A stretch of DNA of 64,000 bases, from assembly GCF_009914755.1 (NCBI RefSeq), contig NC_060926.1, one strand, 5' to 3'. The notes beneath the pieces are model-generated. The model saw only the letters and a list, made by a program, of their open reading frames with translations. It was not told where the DNA came from and did not search any database. This document shows positions 14,527-31,230 of this stretch, one piece after another. Position numbers and translations under genes: made by a program. This DNA is from the human T2T-CHM13v2.0 reference genome, Homo sapiens. The number at the start of each line of letters is the position of its first letter. The stretch's first letter is position 1.

Positions 14527-14639
14527 CTGACAAAGAGAAGATGCAATGCTCCAGAAGGTGTCTTACTTCCTGACAAAGCACCTGCCACAGGTTTAACCAC
14601 AATCTTCTGCTGCAATCAATCACTGCAAACTTTCAACTG

Positions 14640-15020
14640 TCATGCACTAAGCTTTGTGATATGCCCTGTCCTGAGTCTTTCCCATGGACCATTCCAAAAT
14701 ACTTCTCACAACACAATCAGATCCATCTTATTACCCAACTGTATAGATGAGGAAACCAAGACTTAGGCAGTGAAGTGATCCTTTCTACTTCCTGCAACAA
14801 ATATACTTAATGGAAGCAGTCTGCACTTGGAGCCAGAGAGACATAGGTTGGGTTCTGACTCCTTCATCAACTAATTGTTTATCTCCAGCAAGGAGTTTAA
14901 CATCACCAAACATCTGTTTACTGATTTGTAAAATAGGAATATTAATGTGTGACCCTCAAAGCTGTCTTGATATTAATTGAGAATACATATGAATGGTCTT
15001 TAACACAGTGAGTCATAGGC
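14640..15020. mobile_element. Two MIR fragments in opposite orientations
   Basis: 'tatagatgaggaaaccaagacttagg' (minus core) and 'catctgtttactgatttgtaaaataggaatattaat' (plus core). Confidence 0.6.
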
Positions 15021-15396
15021 CCACTACTAAAACATTGCAAATGCAAAGGAAAAACCACAACAAAAACTAATTTCTTCTTCTCTTCCCTTCCTGACTCAAG
15101 TGCTTTCTCAACTCCCATACCTGTCTCCTCCCTTCTAACTTAAGAACCAGAGATTTTTCCCCCTCTACTATCCTCAAATTTTCTGTTCCTTTAATTTGCA
15201 GTAGAGCATACCACTTCTCACTTTGCATTAATTGCCACTTTCCAGGAGAAAGAAGAGGCAATAATTTAAATCACAATTTCCTGATGCTAAACAAGTGTAC
15301 CATGTTCTCCCAGAACTAGCACTTGGGGGAAGCAATGTGTCCTGGATGTAGCCCAACCCTGTCAATCTAGGCTGATGTTCTATCTCTATTAGTGAT

Positions 15397-16138
15397 TAAA
15401 ACCACCTTTGCAGATTATGACAGTGAGGAGAATCTAGCATGGCTGACTTCATCTTGCATCTAGCCTCATAGGCTGGCTATCCTGATGCATTCCTGGTATG
15501 GGCCAAGCCCATGGAGGAACTTATTTTGTGGTTTACTTTTGAAGCATGAATGACAGCACTGCTTCCATAAAACTAACATTCTTTTTTCTCAGGGACTGAA
15601 AATTTATGAAAGGCCATGAGATTAGGATTATGGGAGGAATTGGAACTCTGCTAAAATGGAGGCATAATTTCTTTAATCCCTTACTGCTTAGGAGTCACGT
15701 GACCAGGGGTCACAAGATTTATGACTTCGCCAATTGCTCCTATAGATATCATCACTATTGTAGAACCTAAGATTGGTCTTTTGATAAGTTTTTCATGCTT
15801 TTTTGCATTCTGGCAACTGACCAATCCCACCTGAATCCATGACTCATGACTGAACTGGTCCTGTGGCCCCCACCCAGAGGCAGACTTAGTGCATGAGAAC
15901 CTCTATGATTTTATCCCCAACCAATCAGCAGTACCCATTCTCTAGCCCCTGCCCACCAAATTATCCATTAAAACTCTATCTTCAGACTTCTTGGAGAGAC
16001 TGATTTGAATAATAACTCCCCCATCTTCTCTGTGGTTAGCCTAGTGTTAATCAAACTCTTTCTTTACTGCAAGACCATGGTCTCAGTAAATTGGTTTTGT
16101 CTGCGCAGTGGGCAGGAAAAACCTGTCAGACAACTACA
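15397..16138 (+). mobile_element. ERV1 solo LTR (LTR8A-like)
   Basis: Starts 'taaaaccacctttgcagattatgacagt...catggctgacttcatcttgc'; contains 'ccaaccaatcagca' and 'aaactctttctttactgcaa'; ends 'gggcaggaaaaacctgtcagacaactaca'. Confidence 0.8.
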
Positions 16139-16160
16139 CTATTTCAAAGTAAATAGTCAC

Positions 16161-16533
16161 TGTATTAGTCTATTCTCACACTGCTAATAAAGACATACCC
16201 AAGAGTGGGTAGTTTATAAAGGAAAAAGGTTTAATTGACTCACAGTTCAGCATGACTGGGGAGGCCTCAGGAAACTTACAGTCATGGTGGAAGGTAAAGC
16301 AAACACTTCCTTCTTCACATGGCCATAGCAAGAACTGCCAAGCACAAGAGGGAAAAGCTCCTTATAAAACCATCAGATCTCATGAGAACTCACTCACTAT
16401 TAGGAAAACAACATGAGGGGAACCACCACTGTGATTAAATTACCTCTCATCAGGTCTTTCCCACGACACATGGGGATTATGGAAATGACAATTCAAGATG
16501 AGATTTGGGTAGGGATGCAGCCAAACTATATCA
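16161..16533 (-). mobile_element. THE1 (THE1C-like) MaLR solo LTR
   Basis: tgtattagtctattctcacactgctaataaagacatacc...cagccaaactatatca with a perfect 5-bp TSD GTCAC (16156-16160 / 16534-16538). Confidence 0.92.
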
Positions 16534-16624
16534 GTCACCTTTTTCCTTTTGCTTTTTTGTTTTTGTAGGTAGAAAAGGGGTAATGCTCACAGCTGTTTCT
16601 TTTTACAGTAATTGCTCCTATGTG

Positions 16625-16780
16625 ATATAAATATTACATATATTATATATAATTCTTATATATTGTGTGTAATATATATTTCTTATATTATCTATATTAT
16701 AATTATATATTATAATATATAATATATAATTCTTATATATTACATATAATACTATCATATATATCATATCATATATATAT
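16625..16780. repeat. AT-rich (TA/TATAA) low-complexity tract
   Basis: Read directly from the sequence. Confidence 0.85.
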
Positions 16781-18109
16781 ACATGATAGTAGAAGGCTCA
16801 TTGCCATCATTTATCATACCTTTTTTTCTCAACAGTGGAGCATGTCAGTGCAGTGTAAGTTAATCTTTTCAAAATGTGTAATCAGGGTAAGTTGCCATTA
16901 TCTCTTTCAACTCATTTACTTTCTGGAGTCTACTTTTGAAATATCTGTTTAAAACAGCCATGTACAGCTTGCAGTTAATCAATTTATTGGCAAATAAACA
17001 CCTTACGGTAAGGTGTTTTACTCCCACACTGTAAAGAAAAAGGAGGAATTTTATTTTTCACTTTCTTCTCTAAATCCTCATAGACCATTACCTAGCTATT
17101 GTCTTATATACCATTTTAATGGGCTATGAGAAGAACCTTGTGCTTTAAGAAAAAAATTTAGTACATCAAATTTGAAAATTGTGGACTGGCTATTGGTACT
17201 TTGGCTTGTTCATCTATGACTATTCACAGCTAAAACATGGACCACTTGTCATCAAGATACTAAATAGTTGAAAGTGGGAAATATTAATGCTATATAAAAA
17301 TGGCTAATGTTTTTACAAAATTAACAATCTTCCTTTTAGAATTGGTACAATCTTTCCAGAGTGAAAAACTACAGGTTTTGGCAGGCAAAATGTTTAGAGT
17401 CACACATGACTTCTGCTATGTTTGACAACCTCACCAACTAGGATGCTGCAAACCTCTAATTTTGAGGCCTCCAGGGTTACCGGTTAGTTCTAATAAGATA
17501 ACGTGGAACAAGCTAGATTAGATTGATTCAGCAGAATAGATTTAACTCAGAGGGCAATCTTGGAAGCCACTGAGTGATGAAGTAGCTCTCATAGTTAAGT
17601 GAATTATTCTCTAAGAAATATTTGGTTTATGTGAGTTTGAAGACATCTACTGGTGGCTCCTGGGCTGTGCAATGCAATAAATCTGACCTGGTCATGCTGT
17701 TGCCACTTTGGCAAATGCATTGTCCAACATAATGCATGTTGGACATGCATGTTGGACATACCACTAGGGTGGTATGGTAGAATATTCATGAAGCTACCTC
17801 TCTAAACATGCTGGTTGACTATTCCCGTTATTGGGTATGCTGTTTGCCTTGTCTTTATTGCAATGAGGCAAGTCACGTGCATTGTGTTGGTCCAAGTAAC
17901 AGGATAACTAGGAAAAGTAAGTAGCCTATCAATAGTGGGACAAGCACTGGGGTTTGTCTTACGTACCCACTGTACCTTGGATTTTGCCATTTAGTGGTAT
18001 TGTGAATTTTATTTGATCATTTATTGGATATACCCACTTCAGAGTAGATTAAGGGATATGCAGTAGCTTTGTGAATATGCTATGACCTAGAAGACCAATA
18101 GGAAATAGT

Positions 18110-18350
18110 AAACACAATGGTTAAGAACTCAAGTTTTAGAAAAACAGCATCTCAATTTGTTAAAAAAGAATGGTTCACTCTCTTATTGTGTAATCCTAGG
18201 AAAGCTATTTAACTTCCCTGTGCCTATGCTTTCTCATCTGTAAAATGGAAAGTATAATCATTATATCTCACTGGATTGTTTTGATGATATGAATTAAAAT
18301 TTAAAGCACATTATGTCTGGAACATAACAACTCCTTAGAAATATTAGCTA
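18110..18350 (+). mobile_element. MIR
   Basis: 'tatttaacttccctgtgcctatgctttctcatctgtaaaatggaaagtataat' MIR core. Confidence 0.8.
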
Positions 18351-18639
18351 TTGTAACCTGGCTGAATCAAATGTACTACTACACAGGTGGAGGCCCACGG
18401 ATCTATGAAACACCACCATCAATATCCACACAGTGACATTTCTGAGACGACTGTATGATTTCTCATACACCACCCACATTTTCCTATGGTCTTTAGCAAG
18501 GAGAAAAACACTTTACTAGGAGTTCTACTAGGAGTTTTGAAACACTTTACTAGGAGTTCTAGTTATTGCCAGCGCTATTCCAGGACCCTCATGCTCTATG
18601 CGTTTTTCTGAATTTAATGCAAATTATCTCCCAAAATAT

Positions 18640-19005
18640 TTATCCGCAAAATATATAAGTTCTAAAAAAATGCTAAAACTCTACTTTATATAGTTGACAA
18701 TTTAATATACATAAAATTTTTTAAATCTACAGAAAAATCCATAGAATTAATAGGTGGGTTTATGAAGGTCATCGGATAATTTGTTTCTATTTGTTGGATA
18801 TAATTAGAAAATAAAATTTTAAAAGCCATAATTTACAATAGCATCGAAATATCAAATACCTAGGTATAAATCTACTGAAAAACATGCAAAAGCTATATAA
18901 ACATTACTGAGAGAAACGTTAAAAGATCTAAGTAAATGGACATGTTCATGGATTGGAGGACTAACTATTATTAAGATGCTAATTCCTTCTGTATTGGTGT
19001 ATAGG
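18640..19005 (+). mobile_element. Old L1M ORF2 fragment
   Basis: 'atttacaatagcatc...aaatacctaggtataaatcta...aaagatctaagtaaatggacatgttcatggattggagga'. Confidence 0.7.
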
Positions 19006-19523
19006 AGTCAGATTATATCTGTCCATGTAGTAATTCCCTATGACTTGTCACTTGGGCATATTTGATTTTTCTAGCCTGCAGCTGAGTTCTTTCACCATTG
19101 CCCTGATACCAACATACAGCAAGGGCTCATTAAATTCCCTTCCATCTTCCCAGCAAAAGACCAGAGCTCTTTAAATAGAACATCTCTTTATACACTCACA
19201 ATGACCTGTGAAAGAGCTAATACATGGAAATTCAAAGGGATTGTTAACTTTCTGTTAATACTTAACCTCATGACTCAAATATACAAAACCTAGATTTTCA
19301 TGAAGCTGAATTATTGATCTGTTAACAGCCCTGCCCATATTGAGAAGACGATAAATGAAATCCAGAAGTGAAACCACTGAATTCCAAAGGGAATCTAGGG
19401 GAATCCTAGGTCAGAATCTGAACAAGAATGTAAGATTTATTCATTTTCCAACCACGCTTCAGCCAGTCTTTAAAAGCAGGCAACAAATACAATTTTTCTT
19501 GACCTCCATTAAGCCCTTTATGA

Positions 19524-19655
19524 TTTTTTTTTTTTTTTAGAGAAGGGGTCTTGCTATGTTGCCCAGGATGGTCTGAAACTCCGGGCCTCAAGCAATCTTC
19601 CTGCCTTAGCCTCCCAAAGTGTTAGGATTACAGGCATGAGCCACCAAGCCCGGCC
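19524..19655 (-). mobile_element. Alu left monomer (FLAM_C-like)
   Basis: Poly-T, then 'agagaaggggtcttgctatgttgcccagg...ccaccaagcccggcc'; a single arm only. Confidence 0.85.
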
Positions 19656-19907
19656 TGCTCATAATTGATTTATTTTATCCTTATTGTGTTTACTCTAACA
19701 TCCTTGGTTGCTGACTTCACCATGTCTTTCAGCTCACTGGTTATACAACTCCACATCTTCTTTCTGGCTTCCTTCTTCCCATAGTTTCTTCCTTAGCTTT
19801 GGTATTTCCCATTGTCTTTAGTGAGAAAATTCTCTCTGTGGTCTCTGATACTAGTAAAATCTATCTTGGCTGTCCATTCTCTTGAAACACTAAATCTTGA
19901 TAGATGT

Positions 19908-20251
19908 TGCCATGATTTGAATACTTATATCTCTCCCAAATTCATATGTTGAAACTAATCATCAATGTGATGATATTAGAAAGCTGGATCTATGGGAAGT
20001 GATGAGAGCATAAAGGTGGAGCTCTCATGAAGGGATTGGTACCCTTGTAAAAAAGAACCAGGGGAGCTCATTTGTCTCTTCCATCATGTGAGGTGAGGGC
20101 ACAGAAAGTAACCAGGAAGTAGACCCTCACCAGATACCAAAGCTGTAGGTACCTTTATCATGACTTCTCAGCCTCTGGAACTATAAAAAATACATTTCTG
20201 TTGACACCCAGTTTATGGGATTTTTTATAGCAGCCCGAATGGACTAAGGCA
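19908..20251 (+). mobile_element. MaLR solo LTR (MLT1A-like)
   Basis: tgccatgatttgaat...ccaaattcatatgttgaaa...tatagcagcccgaatggactaaggca; TSD gatgt/gatgg. Confidence 0.8.
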
Positions 20252-20808
20252 GATGGGAAGTGGGACATAACCTAAAATGAATATAGAAGAGCAAGATAGA
20301 GAGAGAAGTAAAAAAAAAAAAAGTCATAAGAATTCATTTCAGAAAGCTAAATCCCCACAATAGGGGAAGCCAGAAAAAATTATCAGCTATAACCACAGGG
20401 TGCCTGAAACTATGTCCAAAGCAAGAAAAAACAGTAGTAGATAATCATACTGCTGGAAAGCAGGGTAAACAAATAACAAAAGGCAAATGAAATTATTTTG
20501 CCTTTTCAAAGAGAATAATGACCAAACTCTAAAGGAGAGAATAAATGTCTTTAGGGGAAAATTGAAACTCAGAAAAGATGAGGAGGTAGTGAGAGCTCCC
20601 AGCAGCCTTATGAAAATTTTTCTCTTTATATGGAGACGAATTGTATCCTAAGTATTCAGATAACTTATAGTTGTGATGCCAGTGATATTTAAGAATCATG
20701 GGAAACCACAGAAGTCCTAAAAGATCACAACAACCTCATTTAGACGAGAAATAAAGATAATGGTTCTTCAAACTACTGCTTAGATAGCTAGGTGCCATAA
20801 CCTGTTAG

Positions 20809-21950
<1,142 letters not shown>

Positions 21951-22359
21951 GAGATCATTAAATATTGTCTCACATAGTAAAACAATTTCTAACATATAGA
22001 TTAGCACACTTTATCATCAGAATATCCCTTTACACAGGTAGACATTATTCTTCTCAATTTTTGTTTTAGGTTTTTTATTTTTTGGTTTTTTGTTTTTTTT
22101 TTTTACAAATACAGAAATTGAGATTTAGAGAGGTTGAAGTATTTTACACAAGATTAAACAATACTATCTTCCAGGACTGTTTTCGTTACAACTCCTCAAC
22201 CCTCTCCAAGTTCCATTTTGATATTGGAATGCTGTTACAATCATCTGTTGTTCAATCAAATCTAAATAGTTGATTAAAGATCAAATTAATAGTACCGAAA
22301 GTTTTTTTGAGATTTGACAGCATACACATTTTATATACACTACACACAAAAGATATATT

Positions 22360-23130
22360 TTAAAAGAAATTTGTGCAACATATGACCAGAAAAGTCAGTA
22401 TATTCTAGCAAATCAAAAAGAAAAATAAAATCATCCAAATAGAAAATTGGGCAGGTAGCAAGTTAGTATATAACACAAATTGCCATTAGACATGCAAATG
22501 CAAATTAAAACAAAATATTAAATGGAAAACAATTAGGAAGATTTATAATACTTCTTGTTAGGAAGGGTTAAAGAAGATAAAAATTCAATTTATAGAGATG
22601 GTTGTGAAAAATGTTTCGTGCTTTCCAGTGGGCAATCTGGTAATGTATTCCAAAATTTAAGTTTGAATATAATTTGATCCACTTCTGAAAGTTTATCTTA
22701 GGCTAAGAATAGTGCAAGTGTACAAAAATGTATATCCCACTATGTATGCTCCATGTTGCTTATAATGAAAAAATTCTGGAAACAGCCTAAATGTCAATGA
22801 ATAATGAATAGATTAAATAAATTGGAGTATGAGTATATGTGTACAGTGGGGGAAAATTGCATATATTCCAAAGGAAAAGGAATTTTTTTACATTTTAAAA
22901 TGGGAATGGATATATGATACGTATGTTAGTTAAAATGCAGACGTGTAAAATATAATACAATTTGTATAAAAATATATCCTTTAAAATTCTGTAGAGACAA
23001 ACAATAACTTGGTAATGATGGTTACCTGTGGAAGTAGAATTTCTGTTACTTTCAGTTTCACTGAAGTATTTTTGTTATTAGCCATAATGTTTGCTTCACA
23101 TTGTATTACCGTCTTGAAACGACGAGATTT
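22360..23130 (+). mobile_element. Old L1ME-like 3' fragment
   Basis: 'atccaaatagaaaattgggca', 'ctggaaacagcctaaatgtcaatgaataatgaatagattaaataaatt'. Confidence 0.6.
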
Positions 23131-23535
23131 CAAGATTCTATACTTGACTCCTTGCCTAAGTAACACTTTTAACCACAACTTAGTAAAGTCCCAAAAAATG
23201 TTTTTATTAACTTTTTGTTGACTCAAAACCAGAAAGGGTCTTTCACAGACAAGATTAAATTATAAAAATTATTTCAAGTTGGATGATGAGATAAAATATT
23301 TTTAAAAGACAAGAAATGTGTTCATTTCAGAAATTATTCAAGGTAAAAGTTAGAATGGGAGATTGTCCAATGCTCATATATAAACCCTAAATATTTTAAT
23401 TTATGATTTGTTAAATATGAGCAAATATGATTTATTTGCTGAATTAAAATGTTTAACATAGTTTAGACTACATTACAAAGAAAAGAGAGTTTGGATTTAG
23501 GGAGATAGGTTACCTTTTAAAATATGCACTGCTGA

Positions 23536-26189
<2,654 letters not shown>

Positions 26190-27979
26190 TGCTGTGAAGA
26201 CAGAGAGTTTTTTTCTTCCCATTGTATCCCTCAATCAATGCCTAGAGTAGTGCTGACACAAAATAGACACTAAATAACTATTTGTTGCAGAAATAAATTA
26301 GGAGCAGCAAAAGTACTGTTTTTTTCCTCTCAATGGAATGCCACATTAGAAGAGAATTTCACCAATTCAACAATGACAGGATTATGAGAAATTTAGAAAC
26401 CATGTTGCATGAGAAATGAAAAAGAGAGGCTCTACTTTCCATCTAGATAAGCAAAGAGCATTGTGCATATGGTGGCTGTGAAAAAATAACCTATGCAAGA
26501 AAGATTAGAATAAGTCTGTGCATCAGCAGAGGGCAGAATTCTGACAAGGGCCTCGGATTTATGGAAAGATATACTTCTTATGAATATAAGTTAAATTTTT
26601 CTGAAGTATATTATTGTCTAAAACTGTAAATACTAAACTCTCTATCCCCTATAGTACTCAAACTTGACTTCTAGGAAATGGTATTTAGAGCATTTCTGCA
26701 TGGTGTGGAAGTTTGGGTGATTACTAAATCAATCATTTCTCAGTCTACTTATTGAAAAACGTTGCACTGTGTGTTTTCATTTTAGTTAAAATAATGTTAA
26801 GCTATCAGAAATTGACTTCAAGGCAATACATTTAAATTTCATATCCTACTCCTCTTTCTAGAAAAACTATCACAAAAGCTCTGTAACATTTTACTACCAA
26901 TAAAATTGATGTCACCAAAAGAATCCCTTTCACCTCTCATAAAATTTCTTGGGCCTATCACTGAATGCACGAGCACTCACACAAGCACATACACACACAC
27001 ACACAGCAATAGGTGTTTTTTATGGAGTGGTATTCACAACTTTGCTTAAATTAGCTTTAGAGACCAAATCATGAAGATGTGTTAGCTCTGGTATTAGAAT
27101 CTTTTCATTAATCAGAGAATTTATAGTTATGTGTTAGCTTCATCTGAATAAAAAAAGTCTAATAAATCAATTCCATTCCAGGTTGAGCCTGTCATCTTGA
27201 GTAACGATGATGGCAGAAAATTATAGGTTTATATCTTGTCTGGGAACCTCATAAGTCACAAGTACAATACATTTAAAGCACTTTGAGGGCTCTCAAGTAA
27301 GACATATGATGCTATTACTCATCACAATCTGTGAAGCAGCCATACTGTGGCTTTTAACAGCAATTTTGTAAACATTTCAAATTTTTATTTTTAAGAAAAC
27401 TCAATGCTTTGTTATACACACACAGGCACCTATATATACATACCCACATATATGTATCCTAAAGCTACATAATTACCAGATGTTTTCTCTGTAGGAGGCA
27501 TTAGAAGAAATGACTTTATAAAATTGCTGTATAAAACATAGTAAGGGACACTAAGTTGCTATCAGTTCAGCTTATCCTCAGGATGTATTTTAATGACTTT
27601 AATGCTCCTATGAATTATTTTTATCTGAAGGCCAATTTCTTTTATTTTAATAGTGTTTGGTTTCTTTCCAACCTTTTTAAATCACTCAATTTAAATTTAT
27701 GAAAGCTTCTTGATGTCAGAAATATCAGGATTCTAGTCCTGGTGGCCATCCCCCAGTCACGAAGGCTGTGACCTCGAGCAAGCACCCGCCCTTCTGCTGC
27801 TCAGTCCCTCATCAATAAAACAAGGCCATTGGACAGGCAGATCACTAAGTCCTTTCCAGCACATTCTCCATCTGTGCCTGTTTAAACAAAAAATAATTTA
27901 GAATTTGACTGACAACATAGGTCAAAAGTTTGTACTCAAGGACATGAAAAGCATTCAAAGCCTCTTCTCTGAAATTTGA

Positions 27980-28370
27980 TGTCTGTTAGAGTTCCCCAGA
28001 AACAGACTCTGAGCCAAGGATTTGTGTGAAAATTACTTATTGGGAAAAAAACAATAGACGAGTGAGGAATTGGGATTAAAAAAGGGATGGATACAAGCCA
28101 AGCAAGGATACGGAACTAAGGAAAACCACAGAGAGCATAGCTCAATTCCACATGGAACTTTTGGAGACAGAGGAAATTGTGGTCTTAATCCAGGCTAAGG
28201 GAGATGGAGTATTTATACTTCCTCCCCTGAAACTTTTCAGACCTTTGATAAGAGCTTGGACCTCAGGAGATAATAAATTTCCAGGCACTCTCCACCAGCC
28301 TAAGGGCAGCCTCTGCACAGAGATGCCAACACTGGCTGCTGAGAGAGAAAGCACTCAGGGAACTGAAATG
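27980..28370 (-). mobile_element. Ancient ERVL-type LTR (LTR33/LTR40-like)
   Basis: 'gttccccagaaacagactctgagccaaggatttgtgtgaaaattacttattggga' terminus. Confidence 0.55.
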
Positions 28371-28589
28371 TTCCAAAAGATTAAAGGGGTCCAAAAGGAT
28401 ATGGGTGAAGGATTGAAAACTTTAGGGGGTTACATAATGAGGTCCTAAGCATGTGTAAAATGTCAGCAATGTTAGCCTCCATCTCTACTCCCTCCCAGGC
28501 AAGCAATGAAAGCACATTATGGTCTTTGTCCCCAAAACGTTATACTTATTAAAAGGATTCTGAACACCTAAAGATGCCCAACAGATTAT

Positions 28590-31230
28590 ACGGTGGTGAA
28601 CAAAACAGACATGATCTGATCATCTTATACTCCATGAGACTCATGGGCCTCATGGTAAAATGGAAGAAGTAGATGACAATGATAAATTATAATAATTCAA
28701 TCACGTAACATAACAAGATACATTGTGAGAATGACAGAAAGTGCTCATTACAAAATGAGAAATCAAGGAAGGTTTATCTGAGATATTGACATTTAAGATG
28801 AGACCTAAATGATGGTTGGGAATATCCAGATAAAAAATAGTGAAGTGGGGGTTGGGGGGTAGCATTCAGAAAGAAAAGACCATGGGCAATGGGGTTTTGC
28901 ATAGTCAAAGCACTGAAATAAGGCCATGTGGCTGGAAAGTTTTAAACAGGTGGAGAGCAATGTGAGTTTCAAGAGGTAAATGACAGTAAAATCTGTTAAA
29001 CTATTTGAAGGTGCTTATCTTTTATTCTCAGTTTAATGGGGAAATATTTCAAGCAGAGGACACATATGATCTACTTCACAGAAAGTACCAACCTCATGGT
29101 ATGATCTTTTAATCTGAGTTCCCATCAAGAAAACAAGTCAGATTATCAACACCCTCTTTCCATGATAGGGGTGTGTGTGTGTGTTTATGTGGGAAGGGGA
29201 GGTGATAGTTAAAAAAGAGTATGTGTAGTTAAGGAATTTTGAGTACATTTTATCCTCTACACTGGATAAATATATAATAAAGATAACCGTGGGATTCTAT
29301 TATCAAACAACAAAGACTCCTTAATTATATTGGGAAGATCAAGGAAGACACAATAAAGAACTGTGCACTAATTCTGGAAACGAGAGGAAATATGGTCCCT
29401 TGGGGAAGTTGAAGTTGACTGAACATAAAATTTGAAAGAAGCATGCACAAGAGATGTGAAATAAGAATGGCTAGGCACGTGCTTAGGGGCTGATGCTGAC
29501 TTGAAAGTTCAAGTGATCTAGTGAAGAACTTTTAGCACTAGAACAACATGGCCATATTTGCATATTATAAAATTGTGCTGGCAGGAATATCGAAACTAGA
29601 TTTATAAGGGAAACCACTTAAGAGACTATTATAATAATCTGCATACAAGAAGATATATTCCAAAAGGAAGGAGGAGTAGTGAACGTAGAGGAAAGAGAAT
29701 GGAAGCTAAAGAATTTTAAGCAAGTAAAATCAATGTTACTTGATGATTGACTATCACAGCAAATGAGGAGAAGATGTAGTAAGAAATCAAAGGTGAACAT
29801 CATGGCTTTGGCTCAAGCAACTAAGTGAAGGATACCTTTTAAGAAAGAGAAAAGAGAACAAATTGTTCTGGAAGGACATGCCAATGAATTTGTTTTGGAA
29901 ATAATCTCTGGGCTATCCAGATGAAGAAGAACAGTAATTGTGCCTATAGATTTGAAAATCAAACTAGAAACTTTGGCAGGATATGTTGAGACTTACATAT
30001 TATAGTTTAAGCCAACAGATTAAATGAGATCACCTGGAAAATGCCTAAGAAGGGTACTAAAAATGGAACCACAAGGAATACCAACATGTAATATAAATAG
30101 AGAAATAATAGTTTATTTATGAAAGCAAGAAAAATCTTCCAGGAACCAAAAAAGGTAAGTTTCATGCAACCAACAGAGGAAAGAGGATCCAGGAGAGAGT
30201 AATCAGTCCAAATGCTAAAAGAATGTCAAATTTGATAAGGATCAAATTTGATCAAATGTCAAATTTGATAAGGTTTAACCACTTACTGGTTAGCTATTTG
30301 GTATGGAACTTCTGGAGGTGGAGGGGTGAATAGAAAGTGAGAAGGTAAACACAAGGGAAAATAATATTGTAAAGAAACAAGAAATTTGGCTTTGAAGTAA
30401 AGGACAGAGAAGGGATGGCAGCTGATTCTCAGTTTTTGTTTTGTTTTGTTTTGTTTTTTTTACAGAATCTACATCTATGTTCTTCACTATTTAGCCTGAA
30501 ATATGGCTGACAAATGGTAGATGACTACAAAAATTGTAGATGTTCTACAATTTAGGTCCAATAAAAGAAATAATTGAATGGAAGTTTAGGAATGTTTTAT
30601 TTTTATTTTTGCTCCTTTTTGTGTTTATATTTGTTTGTAAAATAGAATATTCTGGATGATACATTTATTCTGAAGGAACAGAGAAAAAGATTGAAGATAG
30701 AAGCAAAATTAGGGATTGCTGGGGTGAGTTACTGGAGAAAACTGGAGTGGATGGAGTCTAAAGCACAGGGAAATAATTTTCCTCATCAAACGGAGGTATC
30801 TTCTTTCTCTTTATGGTAGAGAAGCAGGAAAACTGTACAGGTTTGGAAAAGGCTTCTGAAAATGAGTGTGAAGATTTAATCTGTTTTACCAATATTTATC
30901 AAGTGCCTACTGATTACCAGCCACTATGGCAGGTGCTGGGAATACAATAGTGAGCAAAACTAGATATGGCTCCTTCCCTCAGGTTGCTCAGGGTTTGCAG
31001 GAGGTGAGACAAGCATTAATCAAATAACCACATATTCATTATCATATAATAGGAATAAGCAGTACTAAGAAGAGAAGTACATTTTTCCAAAAGAGTGCAT
31101 AAAATACTTAAATCACAGAGATCAGTGAAAGGAAGATGTGATTGAGTCAATAGTTGAAGAGTAAACAGAGTCATTTAGGAAGAAATGATAGGAAGGATAT
31201 GCCAGACAGGGGAGTGGCCTTTGGGACAGT
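28590..31230 (-). mobile_element. L2 fragments
   Basis: 'gacatttaagatgagacctaaatgatg', 'caagcaactaagtgaaggata', 'aatatttatcaagtgcctact...aggtgctgggaatacaatagtgagcaaaac'. Confidence 0.65.

Noticed and set aside
28142-28448. Opposing 98-aa and 70-aa ORFs
   Set aside because: They lie within an ancient LTR remnant and show no domain similarity.
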